A program made the position numbers and the translations under genes. The notes beneath the pieces are model-generated. The model was given only the letters and a program-made list of their open reading frames with translations, did not search any database and was not told the DNA's origin. A stretch of DNA of 41,455 bases from Tubiluchus corallicola (lineage: Eukaryota > Animalia > Priapulida), in NCBI GenBank assembly GCA_030141605.1, contig JAQGDQ010001011.1:1-41455 (forward strand), written 5' to 3'. This document shows, piece after piece, positions 13,061 to 23,229 of this stretch (within the stretch, counting starts at the first letter, position 1; each line of letters starts with the position of its first letter).

Positions 13061-14429
13061 CAAAGTTAGTATTGGATTTGACTCTGTCATTGAAGTTGAC
13101 CTCAAAGCACAAGAAAACCCTTCATAAACCATAAAGCTTAAAAAATTCGTTTTGAAATTTTATACCACTTACGGTACTGCCTTTTTGCGTGCAGGACTTT
13201 AATCGGCGGTCACTCTGTATAAAACATGTAAATTTAAACTCCCGCGATGACCGTTAGACGCAGCCATTTTGACGACAGGTCATTTGAAACAAGTTTAGAT
13301 AACATTGTGTAAAGTTTGAAAAAATAATCAGAGCATTCGTAGCGCACAAGTCACTAACTAAATAAAATTTAAAATTACTGTATCTTGTCAATAAGATTAA
13401 AAATACGTTTTTTGGTTAGTGAGTGGTGCCCCCTGGAGGGTGAGTCAGCGACATCTTACCAATTGGTGAAAACATTTTAAATAATTAATAATTTTCTTTT
13501 CTGGTTACCTAAGTCTTTCTAGCAGGTGAGTGAAAATCCAAGTAATATAGATTTGCTCGGAAAGTCTTCTGAGATATAATTTAACATTGCCTTTTCTTCC
13601 CCTGATTTACATTTGGTACATGACGTCATGTAATGGCGACTTCGGAACAGTATTGCAGGAGATTTCAAATGAAAACAAACTAAAATTCCTTTCAATGCGA
13701 GTAAGATATACGCATAAAATTGCCATAAAGTAATATAATTTTTTAAAGCGATTTTTCTAAAACCTACTTCAGGTGTCCCTTTTCTTGTCCTTTAAATTTC
13801 ATTTTTCAAGCCAGAATAGAGTATGCCATGCACTTCACTGTGGTTTTCTACTTGCACAGTCTATATCGAATAGCTATTAAAAACCTGTAGACTTGTTTGT
13901 TATGTTTATAGAAGCAGTCTACATTCATACATTAGGCTGAATAACGACCTAGTGTTAGTCTTAGTCTTAGTCTTAGTGTTTACCAGAAAGTGTTACCAAA
14001 AGTTTCTGTGATTGTGAACAACCCGAAAATCGTAAAAAATACATTTGATATGCAATTAGATTAATAACGTGTAAAACGCTGTTTATTAATGTAGTAGATA
14101 CAGCTTCTATCTATCTGTTACCTATTCTACAAATGGGCTTAACTTAATAGTGAACGGTTGCTCCAATAGGGAGGGGGAGGGGGAGGGAGACGGACCATCA
14201 AACACCGAGTAAAATGTGCATTATATGTCCTACACTAGACTCGAACTCAAGACTGCGTGGTTACAGTCTGAAATTTAACCAGAAATTTTATCAGATTTTC
14301 ACAGCATTACAGAAACTTCAGTATAGTTGTTTCAGAAAAAGTAAATGTTCATTATTTCTCAGACATGACATCGGAAAATAAGAACGTGTCTTACTGAATA
14401 AAAGCTAGCAATATTGTAAACTTTCATAA

Positions 14430-14710
<281 letters not shown>

Positions 14711-15004
14711 AATTGTTCACTTTCCTATATATCAAGTCTTTCTGTGAATTCCAGATCTCTTCATACGAAAGTAACTGATACTTATATCGACTCATTCCAG
14801 AAATCTGTGGAATGTGAACTATTTCAATTTATGACAAACATCAATTCTCAGTTTAATTTTTGAGAATTTCCAAATGCGAGTCAATGGTGGTAAATGATAG
14901 TCTTCTGTCATATTCGAATGCTTTCAATGAGAACAATGTGCATATTGTTATTGGCTAGCTCAGATGTTTCTACCGAAGAAGAAAAAAAACGTTTATGTGT
15001 GTGT

Positions 15005-15414
15005 TAGGGTTGCCACCACTCCCGGTATGGCCTGGAGTCTAGGGTTGCCACCGCTCCAGGTTTGGCCCAGAGTCTAGGGTTGCCACTGCTCCCAGTTTGG
15101 CCTGGAGTCTAGGGTTGCCACTGCTCCCGGTTTGGCCCGGAGTCTAGGGTTGCCACTGTTCCCGGTTTGGCCCGGAGTCTAGGGTTGCCACCACTCCCGG
15201 TTTGACCTGGAGTCTAGGGTTGCCACTGCTCCCGTTTTGGCCTGGAGTCTAGGGTTGCCACTGCTCCCGGTTTGGCCCGGAGTCTAGGGTTGCCACCGCT
15301 CCCGGTTTGACCTGGAGTCTAGGGTTGCCACCGCTCCCGGTTTGGCCCAGAGTCTTGCCACCGCTCCCGGTTTGGCCACAGTCTTGCCCTCCACCTCCCG
15401 GTCTAGGGTTGCCA
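15005..15414 (+). repeat. 35-bp tandem array (TAGGGTTGCCACCGCTCCCGGTTTGGCCCGGAGTC), about 10-11 copies, resembling a hAT transposon terminus
   Basis: tagggttgcc at 15005, 15040 and onward. YAGGGTTGCCA is a common hAT terminal sequence. Confidence 0.9.
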
Positions 15415-15720
15415 CATTATAGCAGCGCCCCTCATTCATTCCATGGCTATTTGTTGGGAGCAAAAATTTCATTTTCCAATTTCGGTCTGTTGGCTTTTCA
15501 TTACTGTACATCTTTATCTTGTCCAATCAAAATTTGCCGTACAGCATTTTACTGAGTTCCTCTACTGAAGACACACAGGTGGTTCATGTCTGGTTGTCTT
15601 CAGGGCTCTACTGAAACTGGATCTATTAGCTCGTATTGTTTGTGTGTTTCCTGCGTTGTTTATCCTAGTATGATTTTGATGCTAGACTGCTGACACGTTT
15701 CAGCTGACCTATGGTCAGTG

Positions 15721-16591
15721 NNTGACGCTCAGGCTTATTTTAGGCCAGGTTATGTAACTAGTTCCTACTGTTATAATTCCACCATTAATTATTGTCAATC
15801 TTTATAAAAGAAGTTTAGTTAAACTGTTTAATGATATAAGGCTAGAAGCCAACTTGTTCTGAAATCAGATTTCACCTGTACATTCAGTGATACTGTTTAT
15901 GCATTACTACTATATCATGTGATTGAAGCCACGTAGACGAAATTTTGGCTGTTCAGTTCGCCCTGGTATTCCGCTTTAAGTTGTCGAGTTAAGCGGACGT
16001 TCTCATGTCATGAAATGATGGTTTAGTAGTAATAGTGCTTGCTTGTAGAATACTGATATCTGCTGCTGATGATACTTACTCGTATTTACCTGACGTTGAT
16101 GATACTGTCGTTGGTGCGGGATGCTGTTATTACAAAATTGGTAATCCTTACCTTGCGACGAGTGCAGGAGCTTGGATGCTACCCCATTTTGGCGTCGTAT
16201 TAGTGGAGGCGTGTACATCAGGAGTCGTCAAAGTTTGGAGACGTCGTTCACGTAGTGTAGTCAACCGTTCTATGGTGCACCATTCCTCGATCAAGCCCCT
16301 GGTGAGGAGATGCCGCGGAATGGGAGCAGGAGAATAGTCGCTTGATGATGCCAAGACTGGACTGGTGAAAAACATTACGTTGTTCTTTCTCTTCTTAGCC
16401 GGCTTAGTCTTTATTATTAACAGTTGTCTCGTAATGTGTTTTGAAACATTCATTAAATTGTTATATTATTTTATTAATTCAGTGGTTTCTTCACAGTGTT
16501 TTCGACTAAGTGTTTTATTCTTTACCTAAGGGTTACACTTAAGTCACAAACCACATATTTACAATAACGGAACTTAGACTACATCGTCACA
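15721..16591 (+). repeat. 5' LTR (871 bp) of the truncated copy; first two bases are NN
   Basis: NN-TGACG...CGTCACA. One visible substitution (T at 16128 versus G) relative to the other two LTRs. Confidence 0.95.
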
Positions 16592-16594
16592 TTA

Positions 16595-16612
16595 TGGTGT
16601 CAGAAGTGGGAT
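16595..16612 (+). promoter_or_regulatory. Primer-binding site complementary to the tRNA-Leu(CAA) 3' end
   Basis: TGGTGTCAGAAGTGGGAT, 3 nt after the LTR, is complementary to ...AUCCCACUUCUGACACCA. Confidence 0.9.
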
Positions 16613-17272
16613 TTTTGACTTTATTTGGTGTAACTCGGTAGGAATAAAATTCTTTGTCAGCATTTTGAGAATTTAATGATATTTACTTTCAGGTAATTAG
16701 TTACATAGCTAATTTTCTGGGGGAATCTTTGGGCAAAAGCATATCGAAAGAACATAGCATCTTCCGTTGAGTGACTTTATTGATTACTCAGTTGAATGTG
16801 TTTTGTCTATTATTTAAATAGGTTTCCTGCAGATTTCGTAAACGCTATAATTCCAGGTGTATGCCGACTTGAATGCCGATTTGTCCTTGATTCCACTGTA
16901 AACGTTTCAAGTGCTAGTGAAACCGTTATTTCGTTGCAGGCTAGTCAAAAGTCTTGGCCTAGATTTTGTATATTCCTAGTTTGCTACTTTGTTTGATTTG
17001 CACGTACATTACCCTACTGTACAGTATTTTTGTACGTTTGTATGCGTTGAGCCAGTGTGTGTCAGTTGAATGATAGATCTATAAATATTCTGCGAGCATA
17101 AAGTTTTTTCACTGAAACTACTATTTGTCCTATATTGTCCTGTAATTAGAATGTCACGCGTTTACGTGGAGAGTGAATTGCAGCAACTAACTGTACCTGT
17201 CTTAAAGCAAATGTTGAACGTAGGCTAACTTTACCACAGGGTACAAATAAGGCCGGAATAATTGATATAATC

Positions 17273-20200
17273 ATGAATGCACAGGGTAACCCTGTGACGA
17301 CAGGTGAACCTAGTGTTAGACCGAAAGAAGTTGAAGGTGTGTCAAGCACACCGAGTGTGTCTGTTGCGCAGATGAGTGGGCGCAGACGTGTGTCTGATCA
17401 ACTGTTAGCAACTCCCCCTCCTGCCGACCTTACCTTGCATTCTGCTATTAATGGTAAACCTGCGGATGATGAGATGACAGAACGTTCAGTACCTCTTTAC
17501 AATATTGAAAAGTTAAAGTTAGTAGAGCGCGAGAAAGAGCGTGAATGGGAACGGGAACAGAAACGTGAAGAAAGGCGTGAACGTATGCAACGTGAAGAGA
17601 GAGAATGGGAACGTGAGCGTGAGGAACGCAGAGAACGAATGCAGAAAGAGCAGTATCAGTTTGAGTTGAAGCTTCGTGAGCTGGATGCCTCATCTCCAAG
17701 TCACGTGACACAGGTTCCTCCTCAATCACCTGATGGCATACTTACTACAACCGCATCTCGAATACCCCGTGTAAAGTTATCACGTGTATTTACAGAGGGA
17801 ACCGATGATCTGCATACTTTCTTACAGTGGTTTGAAGCAGTAGCCAAAGCTAATGGCCTTGAAGAGAAACACTTTGCTGCATCGCTGGGCCCAGCTTTAT
17901 CCGGAAAAGCAGCCCAGGCTTTTCAACAAGTACCACTTGACAGCATGCAAGATTACAATGTTGTAAAGAAGACTTTGTTAGCTGCCTATGTCCTCTCCAA
18001 TGACATGTATCTTGAGCGTTTCCGCAAGATTACTCGGAGACCGGATGAAACATTCCGTCAGCTTTTTGTACGGCTTGATCGTGCCCTGCAAGAATGGCTG
18101 AAAGCCGAAGAAGCGTCCACCTTTGAGAACATTTGTGAACTGCTATGTATTGAGCAGGCCCTTACATTGATGCCCCGTGAAATGAGCATTTGGGTCAGGC
18201 AGCAAGGGCAGAAGACAATGGAAAAGGTGGCAGAGAAAGCCGATTTGTACATTGCTTCTAATGCATTAGGTACGGCTTCAAAACTTAAACCAATGCAACA
18301 ACAGCGTGGAAATTCCAGGCCGGCAGCTTTTTCAAATGGTTTTGGAAAAAAGATGAATAATGACGTCATGAAGAAGATACGCTGTTATACTTGTGGAGAA
18401 CTTGGACACAAAAGGACCCAGTGCCCGAAACGCCCTAATTATGGTGAAACTAGTGGCAAGAGTAGAAATCCTAGTCGTCAATTCTTGGCCAAGACAGGAA
18501 ATACTGGTCACCAATCCAGTCACTCTACCAGTTCACCTGCGGCTATGCCTGAGTGTGTGCCTGAGTCTGATGAGTTTAGCTTTAAAGCTAAAATTAATGG
18601 TATCTGGATCGATGGTATAAGAGATTCTGGTGCTAGCGTGAGTTTGATCCAACCACGTTATGTCCGTCCAGAACAGTTTCTACAAAGTGAAAATTATACC
18701 AAAATTTGGTGTGTGCATGGCGATGCTAAAAATACACGTATAGCTGTCGTTGAGGTGGAATGTATGCTAGTTAATGGTAGATTGAGAGTGGCAGTGTCTG
18801 ATAGTCTTCCTGTGCCCTTTTTGCTAGGTAATGATTACCGAACTGCTGTGACACCATTTAGCATTAAACAGAGTTTTAGTACACCACCTAAGTCAGTTGA
18901 TTTAGAATGTATCACACCTGAAAATTCAGATACGTCATATTACTTTGATGAACTTGTGAGTGGAAATACAAATGTCGCGAAACAAGCTGGTAATTCGAAA
19001 AAAGCTTTTGCAGTAACCCGGTCAAAAGCAAAGCAGCTACAAGCAGAAGCTAAGAGCGAGAAAAAATTACTAAGTAGTTTAAACGCTGATCAAAAAGCGG
19101 AAAAAAATATTGCATCTGGCGTAGATACTGCTAAAGCACAGCAACAGCAGCTGTTACAGCTTAGTAAAGAACAATTGCAGCAAGAACAGCGCGATGATGT
19201 TAGTTTGCGCAATTTACGTGATCACGCAGTCTCAGAAACAGTAGCTCGTGCCCAAAGAAAGGGTTACTTCATTAAAGATGGGATTTTATATTACATGACA
19301 CGTGAAAAGCGCGATGCTGAACCCCGCGAACTTTTGGTTGTACCCAAGTCTAGACGTTTGGCAGTCTTATCTTTGGCACATGATGCGCACATGGCTGGTC
19401 ACCTGGGCATCCGTAAAACTACCCAACGTGTTTTACAAGAATGTATCTGGCCTAGAGTTAAACGTTCAGTGATACAATATTGCCGCTCATGTGTCCCATG
19501 TCAGAAAACGGCGAGAATTAAACGTTCTGATAAAGCAAAATTAAAGCCATTGTCCATACCTTCGATTGCATTTCGAACTATAGCCATGGATATTATCGGG
19601 CCTATGAAGAGAACACCCTCGGGGAATAAGTATGCGTTAGTAATAATAGACCATGCTACGAGGTACCCCGATTGCTACCCTCTAACAAATATTGAAACCA
19701 CTACTGTTGTTAAAGCTTTACTGCAATACATATGTCGACATGGCATCCCGCGTGAGATTTTAACCGACAGAGGTACTCAATTCACATCACAGTTAATCCA
19801 TGATTTAGAACAGGCCTTGGGTGTAAAGGGAATTTTCACTTCCCCATATAGCCCACAGGGGAATGGGTTAACTGAGAGATTTAATGGCTCATTAAAATCC
19901 TGCATTTTAAAAGTCATGCAAAATGAGAAACATTTACCCTGGGATGAAACTATTCCGTTCATTTTATTTGCTTTCCGGGAAGTACCCCAAGAATCCACTG
20001 GGTATACTCCATTTCAGCTAGTTTACGGTTTTCCCGTGCGTGGGCCTTTGGCTGCCCTAAAGGAACGTTGGGGCTCTGTAGAAGCTCCTAAGTGGGAGGA
20101 AATTGATGATTACGTGACTCGCATAATTAACACTGTAGAAGAGTCAACTACTGATGCCCATGAAGCTTTGCAAAAAGCTAAAATATCACAGAAAAAGTGG

Positions 20201-20527
20201 TATGATAAAACCACTTCAGAACGCTCGCTTGAAATAGGGCAAAAAGTTCTTGTTTTAATGCCTGAAGGAAAAAGCAAAATGCAAAAGCGCTATCGTGGCC
20301 CCTTTACAGTTGTTGATAAATTGTCTGATTGGACATATAAAATACATTTAGGAGGCAAAAGTGCACGCAAACGCCATACAAGAACATATCATATCAACAT
20401 GTTGAAACCATTTGTTGAACGCGACATGGTTTTGTTTGCAAAGTGTGAGGAATTTAGTACAACGTCACTAGACAGTGTTTTGTCTGAAGGTGGTTGTGGT
20501 GATGTGAAGATGGATGGAGGAAAATGA
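17273..20527 (+). CDS. Gag-protease-integrase polyprotein (1084 aa), Gmr1-like Ty3/gypsy
   Basis: R/E coiled coil; SCAN-like capsid (IEQALTLMPREMSIWVRQQ); CCHC knuckle CYTCGELGHKRTQC; aspartic protease DSGA; integrase HHCC, D (MDIIGP), D (TDRG), E (TERFN) and GPY/F (YRGPF). Confidence 0.95.
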   Translation: MNAQGNPVTTGEPSVRPKEVEGVSSTPSVSVAQMSGRRRVSDQLLATPPPADLTLHSAINGKPADDEMTERSVPLYNIEKLKLVEREKEREWEREQKREERRERMQREEREWEREREERRERMQKEQYQFELKLRELDASSPSHVTQVPPQSPDGILTTTASRIPRVKLSRVFTEGTDDLHTFLQWFEAVAKANGLEEKHFAASLGPALSGKAAQAFQQVPLDSMQDYNVVKKTLLAAYVLSNDMYLERFRKITRRPDETFRQLFVRLDRALQEWLKAEEASTFENICELLCIEQALTLMPREMSIWVRQQGQKTMEKVAEKADLYIASNALGTASKLKPMQQQRGNSRPAAFSNGFGKKMNNDVMKKIRCYTCGELGHKRTQCPKRPNYGETSGKSRNPSRQFLAKTGNTGHQSSHSTSSPAAMPECVPESDEFSFKAKINGIWIDGIRDSGASVSLIQPRYVRPEQFLQSENYTKIWCVHGDAKNTRIAVVEVECMLVNGRLRVAVSDSLPVPFLLGNDYRTAVTPFSIKQSFSTPPKSVDLECITPENSDTSYYFDELVSGNTNVAKQAGNSKKAFAVTRSKAKQLQAEAKSEKKLLSSLNADQKAEKNIASGVDTAKAQQQQLLQLSKEQLQQEQRDDVSLRNLRDHAVSETVARAQRKGYFIKDGILYYMTREKRDAEPRELLVVPKSRRLAVLSLAHDAHMAGHLGIRKTTQRVLQECIWPRVKRSVIQYCRSCVPCQKTARIKRSDKAKLKPLSIPSIAFRTIAMDIIGPMKRTPSGNKYALVIIDHATRYPDCYPLTNIETTTVVKALLQYICRHGIPREILTDRGTQFTSQLIHDLEQALGVKGIFTSPYSPQGNGLTERFNGSLKSCILKVMQNEKHLPWDETIPFILFAFREVPQESTGYTPFQLVYGFPVRGPLAALKERWGSVEAPKWEEIDDYVTRIINTVEESTTDAHEALQKAKISQKKWYDKTTSERSLEIGQKVLVLMPEGKSKMQKRYRGPFTVVDKLSDWTYKIHLGGKSARKRHTRTYHINMLKPFVERDMVLFAKCEEFSTTSLDSVLSEGGCGDVKMDGGK

Positions 20528-20882
20528 GTGTTCATTGAAACTTCCTGAATATGCATTCCCGCCTTCTGCCTCACCCACGCAGTCCCTCAATGATGTAGCA
20601 TATGACACGCAGTCCCTCAATGATGATAGCATTGACTCCGTTGATTTTAACAAAGGTGACGCTAATGATAACGAAGATGATGGTAGTGAATACAAACTAT
20701 TCAAGAACGAAAATGTCCAGTCCGTAATGCAAGCCGAAAAATTGAAGAGGGAGAAAAAGAAAGAGGAACACGATAAGAAAAAACTACAGGATCAGTCGAA
20801 CAGAGAAGAGCAAAAAAAGAAAGCTGAAGCAAGAAAAGAACGAGAAAAGAAACGCACACAAAAGCAAGAAAAACGGCGGTAG
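20514..20882 (+). other. Chimeric ORF: 31 aa of element pol fused in frame to an unrelated acidic then K/E/R-rich peptide
   Basis: Element identity ends at 20606, followed by a 30-bp imperfect duplication and then non-element open frame to TAG at 20882. Confidence 0.5.
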
Positions 20883-21002
20883 CAAAAATTATCATTTACT
20901 TAATGATAAAGTGGGCTGTGTTAACATCGACATGACATTATGAGATTTCTCTGTTCACTGTGGTATTGCGCGAAGTTAAATGATGTTTCTTGGAATACTG
21001 TC

Positions 21003-21873
21003 TGTGACGATGTAGTCTAAGTTCCGTTATTGTAAATATGTGGTTTGTGACTTAAGTGTAACCCTTAGGTAAAGAATAAAACACTTAGTCGAAAACACTG
21101 TGAAGAAACCACTGAATTAATAAAATAATATAACAATTTAATGAATGTTTCAAAACACATTACGAGACAACTGTTAATAATAAAGACTAAGCCGGCTAAG
21201 AAGAGAAAGAACAACGTAATGTTTTTCACCAGTCCAGTCTTGGCATCATCAAGCGACTATTCTCCTGCTCCCATTCCGCGGCATCTCCTCACCAGGGGCT
21301 TGATCGAGGAATGGTGCACCATAGAACGGTTGACTACACTACGTGAACGACGTCTCCAAACTTTGACGACTCCTGATGTACACGCCTCCACTAATACGAC
21401 GCCAAAATGGGGTAGCATCCAAGCTCCTGCACTCGTCGCAAGGTAAGGATTACCAATTTTGTAATCACAGCATCCCGCACCAACGACAGTATCATCAACG
21501 TCAGGTAAATACGAGTAAGTATCATCAGCAGCAGATATCAGTATTCTACAAGCAAGCACTATTACTACTAAACCATCATTTCATGACATGAGAACGTCCG
21601 CTTAACTCGACAACTTAAAGCGGAATACCAGGGCGAACTGAACAGCCAAAATTTCGTCTACGTGGCTTCAATCACATGATATAGTAGTAATGCATAAACA
21701 GTATCACTGAATGTACAGGTGAAATCTGATTTCAGAACAAGTTGGCTTCTAGCCTTATATCATTAAACAGTTTAACTAAACTTCTTTTATAAAGATTGAC
21801 AATAATTAATGGTGGAATTATAACAGTAGGAACTAGTTACATAACCTGGCCTAAAATAAGCCTGAGCGTCACA
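21003..21873 (-). repeat. 3' LTR (871 bp)
   Basis: Direct repeat of 27152-28022; no differences noticed by eye. Confidence 0.97.
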
Positions 21874-22464
21874 TAGCAACCTCCGTTACAAAAGCTTGAT
21901 CCATCAAATTTTTTTTACTAAAATGTGATATCAAGACTTTTAACACAATAGGTCAGGGCAATGAACTAGTTACACAAAAAATCATGATACATATTCATCA
22001 CAATAATAGAGCAAAAATAACTAATGTCAATGACAAAAATGCAATACTCAATCACAGTCTTCACCAACAAATCTTTGTGAATTCCTTCACTCATGAAATA
22101 ATTACATATCAGGTAATAAAGTATTTATTTACTCTTAAGTTTACAACGCAAGGTTCAAATCTTGGTTTCAAAATAAATCAATAAACTAAAAATAAAACAC
22201 TGTATTGTTTTAAACAAAGGAGAAATACTTTTACTATTAACCAGCCTAACAAGATTAAAATAATACAGTACAACAACACATGTTTTCCATTACCACTTCT
22301 AGATGGCATTGCGAATACATTAAACTAATTTCGCAACAAAATTTTATTATTTATAATTCATTTCTAATGAATTAGCTTCATATAATGTAAAAGAAAATGT
22401 TTCAAACTGGTCAGAGGTGATCTTTAATCACCTAACTTGGGCTTTAGTGGTTGGAATTGTCCAC

Positions 22465-23229
22465 TCATAGACGTGAAAGAGAATCTGCTACAATATTATC
22501 TTTTCCAGCAATATTCTCTACAGTAAAGTGGAATTCTTGCAAAGTAAGCGCCCATGTACAAAGGCGGCGATTATTTCTCTTCATGCGTGGGAGTGCTAGC
22601 AAACTACGTTGGTCAGTTCGTACTATGAACTCATGACCTTCTAAGTAGTAACGTAACTTAGATACAGAATACACTACTGCCAACAACTCAATTTCCACAA
22701 CACTATAATTTCTTTCACACGTAGTTAACTTTCTGCTCACATGTGTAATTGGCACCTCACCTAACTCACTCTGTACTTGTGTCAGCACTCCACCAATACC
22801 AGTAAATGAAGCATCAGTTGTTAGAACAAATTTCTGCGAAAAATCAGGTGAGTGAAGCACCGTGTCTGAGTTCAGTGCAGTGCGCAGTTCTATAAAGCTG
22901 CGTTCACACTCTTCATTCCAGTCAACGTGTACAGGTGCATTTTTCTCAAGCAGTGCATACAAGGGTACCGCAATAGGACTAAACATCGTTTCGACATGTC
23001 CTACAACTGGCGTAGGATTTGTTAGAGTAATACGATGTTGAACTAATTCAGTGCACCCGGGAAGATTAGTGAACATCTCTGAAAATTCTGCAAGTACTGC
23101 TGCCAACTGACTAATCTGTTCATCATTGAGATGAGAGTCATATGCTACATCATTGAGGGACTGCGTGGGTGAGGCAGAAGGCGGGAATGCATATTCAGGA
23201 AGTTTCAATGAACACTCATTTTCCTCCAT
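22465..23229 (-). pseudogene. pol remnant: RT leader fused to the connection region and RNase H (254 aa), RT catalytic core missing
   Basis: PGCTELVQHRITL..PV is followed almost directly by FSPIAVPL..W.EECERSF. No YxDD motif. RNase H motifs TDAS, YSVVEIE, RTDQ and ADSLSR are present. Confidence 0.9.

Larger units (their letters stand above)
15721..20606 (+). mobile_element. 3'-truncated inverted copy of the Gmr1-like LTR retrotransposon (5' LTR, PBS, gag-PR-IN; no RNase H or 3' LTR)
   Basis: Mirror image of 23137-28022 (paired coordinates sum to 43743). The 1084-aa translations are identical. Identity stops at 20606. Confidence 0.95.

Noticed and set aside
16595-16612. tRNA gene
   Set aside because: Only the 18-nt complement of a tRNA 3' end including CCA, so a primer-binding site.
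15721-21873. Single element with inverted terminal repeats (DIRS-like)
   Set aside because: The 21003-21873 LTR pairs with 27152-28022 through the CTGTC TSD. It has a DDE integrase and no tyrosine recombinase.
21874-22464. env-like third ORF
   Set aside because: AT-rich, with no sense ORF of 60 aa or more.
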